Part shown: in pieces, positions 21,923 to 31,910 of the stretch
Position numbering within the stretch: the stretch's first letter is position 1
Layout: every line of letters begins with the position of its first letter
Source of the DNA: an uncultured Coriobacteriia bacterium
GTDB taxonomy: Bacteria > Actinomycetota > Coriobacteriia > Anaerosomatales > PHET01
Length of the DNA: 64,000 nucleotides
Direction of reading: 5' to 3'
Assembly (NCBI GenBank): GCA_963751505.1
Contig: CAVVUM010000013.1
Location: forward strand, 4,053 to 68,052
Translations under genes and position numbers: made by a program
Notes under the pieces: model-generated
Seen by the model: only the letters and a program-made list of their open reading frames with translations
The model's database searches: none
What the model was told of the DNA's origin: nothing

Positions 21923-22594
21923 CTACGACTCGGGTTCAGTCGCCCGCCGCGCTTTGATACGGCCCGAGATAGAGTGCCAGACGCCGGGAGCGATGCTGAC
22001 AAGAATGATGCCGATAACGAGGTACTCCAGGTTCTCGGCGACGAAGGGGATGTTCCCGAAGAAGTAGCCCGCGCCCACGAACAGCACTACCCAGGCGGTC
22101 GCGCCCAGCACGTTGAAGTACGTGAACCGCAGCCGATCCATGTGACCGATGCCTGCGATGAAGGGCGCGAACGTGCGGATGAACGGGAAGAAGCGGGCGA
22201 AGGATATCGTCTTGCCGCCATGCTTGCCGAAGAAGGCCTCCGTGTCGGTGATGTGCTCCTCGGTGATGATCCGCGACAACCGCCCGGAATCGAGGATCCG
22301 CCGCCCCCAATGGCGGCCGATCGTGTAGTTCACCGTGTCGCCGAGCACCGCGGCGACCCAGACCACCGCGAGCAGCACCCAGACGTTCAGGCCGCCACCG
22401 CTGACAGCTGCGATGGCGCCGCCGGTGAACAGCAGCGAGTCTCCGGGGAGAAACGGGGTGACGACGACGCCGGTCTCCATGAAGATGATGAGGAACAGCA
22501 TCGCGTAGATCCACGGCCCGTAGGCCGTGGCCCACGACTGGAGCACCACGTCGAGGTTCAAGAAGAGGTCGACGAAGAACTTGAGGATCGCCAC
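21923..22594 (-). CDS. dedA: DedA family (VTT domain) membrane protein
   Basis: IIFMETG, FLPGDSLLF, GDTVNY and ARFFPFIRTFAPFIAG. Confidence 0.92.
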   Translation of the reverse strand: MAILKFFVDLFLNLDVVLQSWATAYGPWIYAMLFLIIFMETGVVVTPFLPGDSLLFTGGAIAAVSGGGLNVWVLLAVVWVAAVLGDTVNYTIGRHWGRRILDSGRLSRIITEEHITDTEAFFGKHGGKTISFARFFPFIRTFAPFIAGIGHMDRLRFTYFNVLGATAWVVLFVGAGYFFGNIPFVAENLEYLVIGIILVSIAPGVWHSISGRIKARRATEPES

Positions 22595-22677
22595 GGGCCT
22601 CCGATCGGCACGGGTCGCGCACGGCGTAGCGGACACCAGACTCTATCCTGAGAACGAGATACGACGCAAACGAGGAT

Positions 22678-23494
22678 ATGATGAACGTACTGGCTGAACG
22701 AAGCGGCCCGTGGCTCGCGGCCGTTGACACGAGGCACTCTCGTCGCACCTTTGACGGAACGCCGGCTTCCGCCGAGCAACTTTCGGCACTCGCAAGCGTC
22801 TGCGACCAGTTCCGGCCCTATCCTGACGCACGCGTCGAGTTCGTTCCGGCTCCGAAGACCGACGTGTTCCGCGGAGCGATCGGCTCGTACGGAAAGGTGG
22901 TCGGCGCACCTCACCTCTTCGTGGTCGTGGCCGGGCCCTCTGCCGCGGCTCAGCAGCACGCCGGCTATACGGGCGAGGCCTGCATCCTCGAGGCGACCGC
23001 GCTCGGGCTTCACACCTGCTGGGTCGGCGGGTTCTTCAGCCGCTCGGCACTCAGAGAGGTGGTCGCTTTGTCGCCCGATGAGCGGGCCGTCGCAGTCTCG
23101 CCGGTCGGTCACGCCACCGACGATCGCCCCTTGGCGGAGCGTCTCATGCATGCGACCGCGCGCTCAGTCCAGGCGAAAGCCGCTCGAAGAGATCGCGCCG
23201 GGCATCGACGGCTCTTGGCCGGCTTGGGCCCGCGCGGCGGTCGAGTGTGCGCGCCTGGCGCCGTCAGCCGTCAATCGGCAGCCGTGGCGCTTCCGCCTCG
23301 ATGGAGGGCGCGCTCGTCGTGAGCGCCTCGGGTCCCGAGATTCCGGCCGTCACCAAGGCGCTGGACTGCGGCATCGCCATGCTGCACGCAGAGCTCGGCG
23401 CGCGCGGCGCCGGGGTTCTCGGCACGTGGTCCGACGTTCCCGTCGGACCCGACATCGCTCGCTTCGCACCCGGGAAGAGGGGTCGTCAAGGTGA
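22678..23494 (+). CDS. Nitroreductase-family protein (two-domain), frameshifted
   Basis: RHSRRTF, GEACILEATALGLHTCWVGG, ARLAPSAVNRQPWRF and LDCGIAMLH. C-terminal end approximate. Confidence 0.8.
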
Positions 23495-24246
23495 ACCGCA
23501 CACTCAAGATCACCCTGATCGTCGCCGGCATCATCGTTGGGCTCGCCGTCGGGGGCGGGGCTTGTGTGGGCGCTCACGCCGCTCGGCCCCGGCCCCACGG
23601 CGCTCGAGACGCTCGGGGGCACGAACAAGGTCGCCGTCACGGAGGCCGACGACCGCTACGAATTCGCGCCTCGCGGCACGGAGCCGACCTCGGCGGTCAT
23701 CCTCTACCCCGGCGGCCGCGTTGACGCGCGGTCATACGCGCCGCTTGCTGCGCGTATCGCCGAGCGCGGTCACCTCGTCGTCATCCCGGTGATGCCGCTG
23801 TCGCTTGCGGTACTCGACGCGAACGCCGCCGATGAGGTCATCGCCGCGCATCCTGAAGTCGAGACGTGGGTGGTGGGCGGTCACTCCCTCGGCGGTGCGA
23901 TGGCTGCACAGTACGCTGCGAAGAACGCTCGACAAGCTCGATGGTGTCATCTTCTACGCCGCCTACGCTCCCGACGGCGCGGACCTGAGCAAGACCAAGC
24001 TCTCGGCGAGTGACGTGTTCGGCACCAACGACACCGTGCTCGACGCCAAGGCACATGCCGAAGGAGCGAAGCGACTGCCCGCGGACGTCGGTCGTCGACG
24101 AGATCGCCGGCGGGAACCACGCGCAGTTCGGCGACTACGGCGAGCAGCCGGGCGACTCGCCGGCAACCATGAGCGCGGAGCAGCAGTGGGACCGCGCGTC
24201 GAGCGCAGCCCAGGAGCTGGTCGATCGCATCGAGGCGCGCCGCTAG
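23491..24246 (+). CDS. Alpha/beta hydrolase (Abhydrolase_5-like), frameshifted
   Basis: N-terminal TM, ILYPGGRVD, GGHSLGG nucleophile elbow, GTND and GGNHAQFGDYG. Confidence 0.85.
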
Positions 24247-24251
24247 AGGGG

Positions 24252-25697
24252 CTACAGAAGCCGCGACGTGAGCCGAGCCAGCGCGTTGTTGAAGCGGCGC
24301 ACGCGACCGAAGCTTTGGTAGTACTCCTCGACAATGTCGTGGCACGACGCTACGTCGGCGTCGAAGATCGCGTCCTGCTCCGCTGCCACGCCCGCGTCGT
24401 AGAAGAACAAGCTGATCTCGTCGTGCAGCGCGAAGCTGCGCACGTCGAAGTTCGTCGTGCCGACGACCGCAAGTTCACCATCGACCGTCATGGCCTTGGC
24501 ATGGAAGAAGCCCGCGTCGTAGTGGAGCATCCGGCCACCAGACTCGACGAGTTCGTCGATGTAGGAGAAGGCCGCGTTCCACGCGATCTTCTTGTCGGGT
24601 ACGCCGGTCATCATGAACTGCACGTCAACACCGGCAAGTGCCTGGGTGCAGAGCGCCTCCAAGATCGCCTCGTCCGGCACGAAGTACGGCGACTGGACGC
24701 GCACCGTCGAGTCCGCCGAGAGGATCGTGAGCAGAAACGCATTGCGGATCGCCGGCCATCTCGTCTCGGGACCCGAGTACGCGATCTGGCTCCACACGAC
24801 GCGACCGCCATCGTCGATCCCGAGCTCGGGGAAGTAGCGCTCGGTGAAGAGCCGTTCTTGCGTACGACGGAACCACAGGCTACAGAAGACGCGCTGCAGG
24901 TCGGCGACGAGTGGGCCCGTGAAGCGCACGTGCGTATCGCGCCAGGACTCGTAGCGTGGCTTCCCGTCGATGTACTCCTGGCCCATGTTCATGCCGCCGG
25001 TGTAGGCGATCTTCCCGTCGATGACCGCCATCTTGATGTGGTTGCGATAGTTCAGCCTGCTGAGGTGGTGGACGTCCGCACGCACCTGTGCGCCCGAACG
25101 CTCGAGCAACTTCAGCTGTGACTTGCGGTAGGGCAGCGAGCCCACCCAGTCGTAGAGCACGCGCACCTCGACGCCCGCGCGCGCCTTCTCGGCGAGCAGG
25201 TCGCAGAATCGCCCCGTCAGCTCGTCGCTCTCCCAGATGAAGTACTCGAGGTGGACGGAGTCCGTCGCAGCCTCGATGTCGGCGAACAGCCGCGGGAACT
25301 TCTCGGCGCCCTTCGCGAAGATCTCGAGGCCGGTGCAGGGCAGCAATCGCGTGCCGTTCTGGCTCTCGATCGCCGAGGCGATCCGCCTGGCGAACCCGGG
25401 GCGCTGGGCAAGAACGGCCTCCGCCTCGTCAGCCCAGCGCGCGTATATCGGAGAGACTGCGTCGATACCGAGCTGAATCGCTTCGAGGCGCCGGGCGTCG
25501 CGCTTGCCGATCGCCCGCCAGTTGCGGCCGAACAGCAGGTAGAAGACGAGGCCAAGACCGGGCACGAGCAGGAGGAACAGCGCCCACGCAAGGGTCGTGG
25601 ACGGGTCGCGCTCCTCGTAGATGAGGAGCACGATCACGAACAGGGCATACACGGGAACGGCGACCGCAACGAGCGTTCCGATGAGTGTCTCAGCCAT
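24252..25697 (-). CDS. cls: Cardiolipin synthase
   Basis: N-terminal PLDc_N TM pair and two HKD motifs ([18 protein letters not shown]). Confidence 0.95.
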   Translation of the reverse strand: MAETLIGTLVAVAVPVYALFVIVLLIYEERDPSTTLAWALFLLLVPGLGLVFYLLFGRNWRAIGKRDARRLEAIQLGIDAVSPIYARWADEAEAVLAQRPGFARRIASAIESQNGTRLLPCTGLEIFAKGAEKFPRLFADIEAATDSVHLEYFIWESDELTGRFCDLLAEKARAGVEVRVLYDWVGSLPYRKSQLKLLERSGAQVRADVHHLSRLNYRNHIKMAVIDGKIAYTGGMNMGQEYIDGKPRYESWRDTHVRFTGPLVADLQRVFCSLWFRRTQERLFTERYFPELGIDDGGRVVWSQIAYSGPETRWPAIRNAFLLTILSADSTVRVQSPYFVPDEAILEALCTQALAGVDVQFMMTGVPDKKIAWNAAFSYIDELVESGGRMLHYDAGFFHAKAMTVDGELAVVGTTNFDVRSFALHDEISLFFYDAGVAAEQDAIFDADVASCHDIVEEYYQSFGRVRRFNNALARLTSRLL

Positions 25698-25784
25698 GCT
25701 CGCGGAGTCTACAGGAGTACCTCGACGCGCTCACGCGCGGCAGCCGATGACGCAGCCAGCGGGCACTCCCCCTATACTGCGCAC

Positions 25785-27000
25785 ATGACATTCTCCCAAC
25801 TCGGCCTGTCCGAGCAGATCCTCACGGCGGTCTCCGCCCTTGGCTACGAAGAGCCCACCCCGATCCAGGCGGAGGCGATTCCGCTGGTGCTGGCAGGTCG
25901 CGATGTCGTGGCGGCGGCCCAGACCGGCACCGGAAAGACCGCGGCGTTCGCGCTGCCGCTCATGCAACGAATCGGCCGTGGCACCGGCGCCCCCCTCGCA
26001 CTCGTCGTGACCCCGACCCGCGAGCTCGCCGCACAGATCGAGCGCGTCGCCTCTGCGGTCGCCGAGCACACCGACCAGCGCATCGCCGCGGTGGTGGGCG
26101 GCGTCGAAGTACGGGCCGCAGGTCGGCCGCGTCAAGGCCGGCGTCGAGGTGCTCGTCGCGACCCCGGGCCGCCTCATCGACCTCACGGAGCGGGGCGACG
26201 TGGACCTCAGCAAGATCGAGATCCTCGTGCTCGACGAGGCCGACCGGATGCTCGACATGGGCTTCTGGCCGAGCGTGCGCAAGATCCTCGGCTTCCTGCC
26301 CAAGGAGCGTCAGAACCTGCTGTTCTCGGCGACGCTCACCGAGGAGATCACGCAGATCGTCGGCCGCATGCTGCACGACCCGGCGTACGTGGAGATCGCA
26401 CGGAGGGGCACGACCGCAGACCTCGTCGAACAGGCGGTGCTGCCGGTCGAGCAGTCCCAGAAGCCCGACTTGCTCGCCGCGCTCATCCGGCAGCGTGGCG
26501 CCGACCGCGTCTTGGTCTTCACCAAGACCAAGAGCCGCGCCGACCTCGTCAAGACGATCCTCGAGAAGGACGGCTTCAACGTGGCGGTCATGCACGCCGA
26601 CCGCAGCCAGGAGCAGCGGGACAAGGCACTGAAGCGCTTCCGAGAGGGTAAGGTCGACGTGCTCGTGGCGACCGACATCATCGCCCGCGGCATCGACATC
26701 ACCGATATCGACCACGTCGTCAACTACGACGTGCCCGAGAATCCCGAGGACTACGTCCATCGCATCGGGCGCACCGCGCGCGCAGGCGCGAGCGGCTACG
26801 CCCTCACCCTACTCGGCCCCGACGAGATGTCGCAGTTCCGCGAGATCGAGTACCTGCTCGGCGAGCACGTGCCGACCCTCGACATAGAGGGGTTCGAGTA
26901 CCGGGAGGGCCGCATCGTCCCCTACGCCGGCCGACCGGTGAAGAAGAAGAGCCACAGCGTGTTCGGCGGTCGCGTGACGCGGCGCAGCCGGCGGCGCTAG
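25785..27000 (+). CDS. DEAD-box RNA helicase (RhlE-like), frameshifted near 26107
   Basis: Q motif [35 protein letters not shown] and HRIGRTAR. Confidence 0.95.
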
Positions 27001-27049
27001 GCACCCGGCTCTACAGGCCCGTGGCGAGCATGATCGGCGGAGCAGCGCG

Positions 27050-28139
27050 CTACTTGACGGTACGGTAGCGCGAGGCAACGGACCACGCTGACGTGTGCGT
27101 CGTGTCGCCGTCGATGTGGGCGCGGATGCGCCAGTAGCCCGCAGTACGGCAAGGTCACCCTCGCCTTGTACTTCGTGACCAGCGTGCCCTTTGAGGTGCG
27201 GTAGTCGGAGTTGCGCGCGATCACCGTCTTCTTCCACACGTACGAGCCGTCTGCTGGCGAAGGTAGCAGCGAACCTTCACGCTCCTGCCCCCCGGCGAAT
27301 GGTGCGGCTTCAGGTAGCCCGAGACAGAGAACGCAACGTTGCGGTGAAGCCCGTAGGGCACGGTGGGCGTGCCGAGCCACGCGCGCGGGATGACGCTGAT
27401 GGAGGCGGGGTCCCTCGGCAGAACATAGCTTGAGCTACCAAGGAACCGAGCAACGATAGCGTGTCTGCTTCTTCGGCTTGACCGCAAAGCGGTAGATCCC
27501 CCGTGCGTCGGTGCGCGCCTCGGCGAGTCTCGAGTACTGGCGGGCGCCGTACGGCCTGTGGAAGAGCACGACCCGAGCACCTCCCACGGGTGTCGAATCG
27601 GCGCGGCGCTTCATAGTGCCCGTCAGAGTCGCGGTCCCACCCCAAGCGACGGTCCTCGGGCCCGTCAGCCCCATCGAGACCTCGCTCGCGGGCTTGCCCC
27701 AGCGCAGAGAGTACTTGCCACTCCCGCCGAACGCGTAGACGTCCACGTAGACGGTCATGTCCGCGGGTGCCTTGAAGCGAACCCACTCGAAGCTGGTGTT
27801 CTCTCGCTCGGACTTCGCCAGCGCTGCAACCGGCCCGCTGACGCTCTTGGCGTCGGGCCCGAAGAGAAAGAGATCGAAGTCGGTCGCCGTATCCGGGGCC
27901 CCGTGCAACTCGGCCCAGAACCACTGTCCAGCCTTGAGCTCGACGGCATAGACGTCGTCGGCGTCGTTGGCGCCGACAGAGGCGACCGATCCGCCCACCG
28001 GCTGCGCGGTCGGCAGCGGACTGCCGGGGATGTCGTTGGCGACATCGGCCTCGAGGTCGCCCGCGTGGGCGACGCACGGGACGGCGACAAGCAGCGCGGC
28101 ACTCGCCAGCAACAGCACAGTCCGGGTCCTCAGACGCAT
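27050..28139 (-). CDS. Secreted protein with PPC-like and Ig-like beta domains, frameshifted
   Basis: Signal peptide ending AHA, DADDVYAVEL...DFDLFLFGP (PPC-like), and beta-rich C-terminal pieces in three frames. Confidence 0.6.
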
Positions 28140-28232
28140 GCGATCGATCCTTCTCTCTTGGTGGCTATGGGCAAGCATCGGCAGCTGAAGCCCTTCGCCA
28201 CAGTCACCAGTCTACGGCATCGGTGATGCGAG

Positions 28233-28731
28233 TCACTGCGTCTGCAGCACCGGCTCGCCAATGCCGAGTATGACAACGACACGCGTACCCCGGCCCTTGG
28301 GCGTCGCGCTCACACGCGATTCGGCGCCACCCTTCAGGAGCGTCATCTCGGCACCTCCGCCCTCGATCGGCCGCTCATCGGTGACCGCCCACGAACGGCC
28401 GGTGTAGGCCTGTCGGTACCATTCGATGACGCTCGATACCGGCGCGCTTACGATCAACTCGTAGTCCCAGGCGTCGGGCCCCTGCGCTCCACCGCGCACG
28501 ACCACGCCCGCCGGCACGGGGGTCTCGACCGGGAAGCCGGAGTCGATTTCGGAGCGAACCTGCTCGAGCCCCATGGTCGCGAGGCCGCTTGGCGAGCCTT
28601 GCGCCGCCTCGTCACTGGCCTGCGGGGCCGGGGACTGCGGCGCAGCGCTCGGCGTGGCGGCCGGCGTGCCGCACCCCACGAGCACAACACAGAGTGCGGC
28701 GGCGAGCACGATGTAAGGAGCGAGATCGCAT
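28233..28731 (-). CDS. Putative lipoprotein
   Basis: Lipobox LVGC after a hydrophobic stretch, Pro/Ala linker, GFPVETPVP and VIEWY. Start ATG is one indel out of frame. Confidence 0.6.
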
Positions 28732-28784
28732 GGAGCCTCCTCGTGAACGTGGCACCGTATGATACTCGGTACGAAGCGGGTGCG

Positions 28785-29759
28785 ATGAGACGAGAGGACG
28801 GCCGGTGATCAGGCGAGCTGGACTTCGCAGCAGCGGATCGCCGCGGTCGATTCGGCGGCGGGCGTCGCCGGCGCGGTCGAGACGCTCGTCATGAACATCG
28901 GCCGCCGCTGCGAGATCGCCTGCGGGCACTGCCATCACCGCTGTTCGCCTGACGCGGCCGAAGAGATGTCGGGCTCCACCATGGAGCGCTCGCTCTCGCT
29001 GGCCGAACGCTCGGAGTGGGACTCATCGACGTCACCGGCGGCTCTCCCGAACTCTGGCCGCACCTGCCCGATCTGCTCGGCCAGGCACGTGCGGCGGGCA
29101 TCGACGTGCGGCTTCGCAGCAACTTGGTCGAGCTCAGCGACGATCGATCTCATACGTTGGCTGAGCTCATGGCGACGAACGCGCACGGCGGTCCTCGCCT
29201 CGGTACCCGCGGCCGGGCTCGACGGTGACTCGAGATGGCGCCCCGACCAGTGCTCGAAGCCGCGACGGCGCTCAACGGCTCGTCGCCTTCGGCTACGGCA
29301 GTCGAGCACGGGCCGCAACTGGAGTTCGCCGTCAATCCCGAGTCGGGGCTTCCCGAAGCCGAGTCGACGATCGCCGACGGTCTCGGGAGTTCGATGGCGG
29401 CGCTAGGAATCACGCGCTTCCGCGTGCGCTCGATCGCGAACGCCCCGCTCGGCCGGTTCGCGGACCGGCTCGCCGCTCAGGGCGGCGGGCGGGCGTACCT
29501 GCGCACCCTCGCCGACGCGTTCAGCGCGACATCGGTGGCGAGCCTGCCGTGTCGCAGGGGCATCACGATCGCCTGGGACGGCAGGCTCTACGACTGCGAC
29601 TTCAATCTGGGCGCGGGACTGCCTCTTGCCGACGGCCCGTCCACCCTCGATCAGGCGCTCGCGCGACCGGATCAGCTGGCGGGTCGGCGCATCAGCTTCG
29701 GCACCCACTGCTTCGCATGCACGATCGGAGCGGGCTCAGGTTGAGACGGCGCGGCGTGA
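28785..29759 (+). CDS. arsS: ArsS-type radical SAM / DUF3641 protein, probable selenoprotein (UGA at 29742), frameshifted
   Basis: ETLVMNIGRRCEIACGHCH, IDVTGGSPEL, RSNL, LPCR, WDGRLYDCDFN and HCFACTIGAGSG-U-DGAA. Start approximate. Confidence 0.8.
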
Positions 29760-29773
29760 CCCGGTCGGGTCGC
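29756..29773 (+). promoter_or_regulatory. Bacterial SECIS-like hairpin
   Basis: GUGACCC-GGUC-GGGUCGC stem-loop beginning 11 nt after the in-frame UGA at 29742-29744. Confidence 0.65.
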
Positions 29774-31141
29774 AACGGATCGGCGCACGCCATCATGCTG
29801 GTGCGCCACCCCCGTCTCGGCGAGGTGAAGACGCGCATCGGCGCTTCGCTCGGCGATCAGGCGGCACTGGACCTTCACGTGCGACTCGCGCGCCACACGC
29901 TGAACGCCATGCTGGCGCTGCGTGCCTGTCGAGAGGCCACGGTCGAGGTGCGTACCGACGCGTCGTTCGTGCACGCCACCCGCGAGGTGTTCGGCCGCGG
30001 GCCCCACTACCGTTACCAAGGTGAGGGCGACCTCGGTGACCGGATCAGACTCGCCTTGGCCGAGGCGTTCCGGCGCGGGGAAGACCGTGTGATCGTGGTC
30101 GGCTCGGACTGCCCGCGCCTCGGCGCGGGTCACCTCCGCGCCGCCCTGGCCGGACTCGAGACCAGCGATGTCGTCATCGGGCCGGCCGCGGACGGCGGCT
30201 ACTACCTCATCGGTGCCCGGCGTCAGGCCGCGAACCGCGTCCTGGCCGCGCTGTTCGCGCAGATGCCTTGGGGTACGTCGGACGTCTTCACCGAGACCGT
30301 GCACCGCGCGCAGGCCGCGGGGCTTGGCATCGTCGAACTGGAGACCCTGCCCGACGTGGACCTCCCGGAGGACCTGAGCGACGCCGAGGCGGTCCTCGCC
30401 GCAGAGGAGACCGCCGACGCAGTAGTCTCGGTCGTGATCCCGACCTTGGACGAGGAGACCACCGTCGCCGAGGCTGTCCGTTGCGCGATCGCGGGCGGGG
30501 CGGGCGAGGTGATCGTCGCAGACGGGGGCTCGCACGACCGCACCGTCGAGATCGCCGAAGGCGCGGGCGCTCACGTCGTCGTCGCGAGGCCGGGCCGGGC
30601 ACGCCAGCTGAACGAAGGCGCTGCGCACGCCACCGGCGGCGTGCTGTGCTTCCTTCACGCCGATACGCGGCTGCCGGCGGGCTTCGCAGCCAGCGTTCGG
30701 GCGGCCCTCGCTCCCCCTCACGCGGTGGCATGCGCCTTCGACTTCGCGGTCGAGCACGGCGGTTGGCGGCACCGGCTGATCGGGGACCTGGGCCAGCTGC
30801 GCTGGCGCCTCGGCGGACTCCCGTACGGCGACCAGGCGTTGTGTGCGCCACGCTGGGTGTTCGACGCTCTCGGCGGGTACGCCGATCTGCCGACCATGGA
30901 GGACTACGACCTGGCGCAGCGGCTGCGGCGCTACGGACGTATCACTCGCACGCGGCAGCCGGCGATCACCTCGGCTCGGGTGTGGGACGAACACGGCCTG
31001 CTGCGCCCTACCCTCGTGAACGGTGCGGTCATCGTCGGCTTCCGGCTTGGAGCAGACCCGGCGAGGCTCGCGCGATGGCGCACCGCCATCGGTAGGCGGG
31101 CATCCGGCACGGCGCACGCTGGAGAGGGGCGGCCAACGTGA
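29756..31141 (+). CDS. Fused DUF2064 (TIGR04282-type) and GT2 (TIGR04283-type) glycosyltransferase, ArsS-associated
   Basis: N half: GEVKTR, QGEGDLGDR, GSDCP, GPAADGGYYLIG, DVD. C half: VSVVIPTLDE, DGGSHDRT, GRARQLNEGA, FLHADT, YGDQ, MED, TSAR. Confidence 0.88.
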   Translation: MTRSGRNGSAHAIMLVRHPRLGEVKTRIGASLGDQAALDLHVRLARHTLNAMLALRACREATVEVRTDASFVHATREVFGRGPHYRYQGEGDLGDRIRLALAEAFRRGEDRVIVVGSDCPRLGAGHLRAALAGLETSDVVIGPAADGGYYLIGARRQAANRVLAALFAQMPWGTSDVFTETVHRAQAAGLGIVELETLPDVDLPEDLSDAEAVLAAEETADAVVSVVIPTLDEETTVAEAVRCAIAGGAGEVIVADGGSHDRTVEIAEGAGAHVVVARPGRARQLNEGAAHATGGVLCFLHADTRLPAGFAASVRAALAPPHAVACAFDFAVEHGGWRHRLIGDLGQLRWRLGGLPYGDQALCAPRWVFDALGGYADLPTMEDYDLAQRLRRYGRITRTRQPAITSARVWDEHGLLRPTLVNGAVIVGFRLGADPARLARWRTAIGRRASGTAHAGEGRPT

Positions 31142-31899
31142 CAGCACACGCGCTGCCATCGACACCCGCACCGCTCGCCGCGGCGCTCCTGTCCGAGCTC
31201 GAGCAGCGCGCGGACCCTGACAACGTCGCGGGGATGGCGCGCTTCGGCATCAGCAGCGTGGGCACGCTCGGGGTCACGGTGGCCGCCGTCCGCGAGCTCG
31301 CGCGCGACGGGAAGCGCGCGCTCGGGCGTGACCCTTCGGCACATCACGAGCTGGCCGCGCTCCTGTGGGCGAGCGGCGTGCACGAGGCACGCATCATGGC
31401 TGCGGTCGTCGACGTCCCGGAGCTCGTCACCTATGAGCAGGCGGAGTCTTGGGCGCTCGACCTAGACTCCTGGGACACGTGCGATCAGCTGTGCGGCAAC
31501 CTGCTGTGGCGCGTTGGCTTCGCGTGGGATCTCCCGGGCGCGTGGGCCGCTCGCACCGAGACGTTCGTCAAACGTGCCGGTTTCGTGGTCGCCACTCAGC
31601 TCGCCGTGAAGGACAAGCGCGCCGAGGACGAGCGCTTCCTGCCGCTGCTCGAACTGGTCGAGCAGGAGGCGGCCGACGAGCGCAACGACGTGAAGAAGGG
31701 CGTGAACTGGGCGCTCCGCCAGATCGGCAAGCGCAGCTCCGGACTCAACGCGGCCGCAGTGGCGTGCGGTGAGCGGATCCTCGCGCAGGCGCCCCCGCGC
31801 GGGGGAACACCCGCAGAAGCCGCCGCCCGCTGGGTCGCGCGCGATGCGCTTCGCGAGTTGCGCAGCGATGCGGTTCGCAGGCGACTGGGGATCGACTGA
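31138..31899 (+). CDS. DNA alkylation repair protein (AlkD-like HEAT repeat)
   Basis: MARFGI, LWASGVHEARIMA, DSWDTCD, FVKRAG and DERNDVKKGVNWALRQIGKR. Confidence 0.88.
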   Translation: MTAHALPSTPAPLAAALLSELEQRADPDNVAGMARFGISSVGTLGVTVAAVRELARDGKRALGRDPSAHHELAALLWASGVHEARIMAAVVDVPELVTYEQAESWALDLDSWDTCDQLCGNLLWRVGFAWDLPGAWAARTETFVKRAGFVVATQLAVKDKRAEDERFLPLLELVEQEAADERNDVKKGVNWALRQIGKRSSGLNAAAVACGERILAQAPPRGGTPAEAAARWVARDALRELRSDAVRRRLGID

Positions 31900-31910
31900 G
31901 CGGTGTCGCG

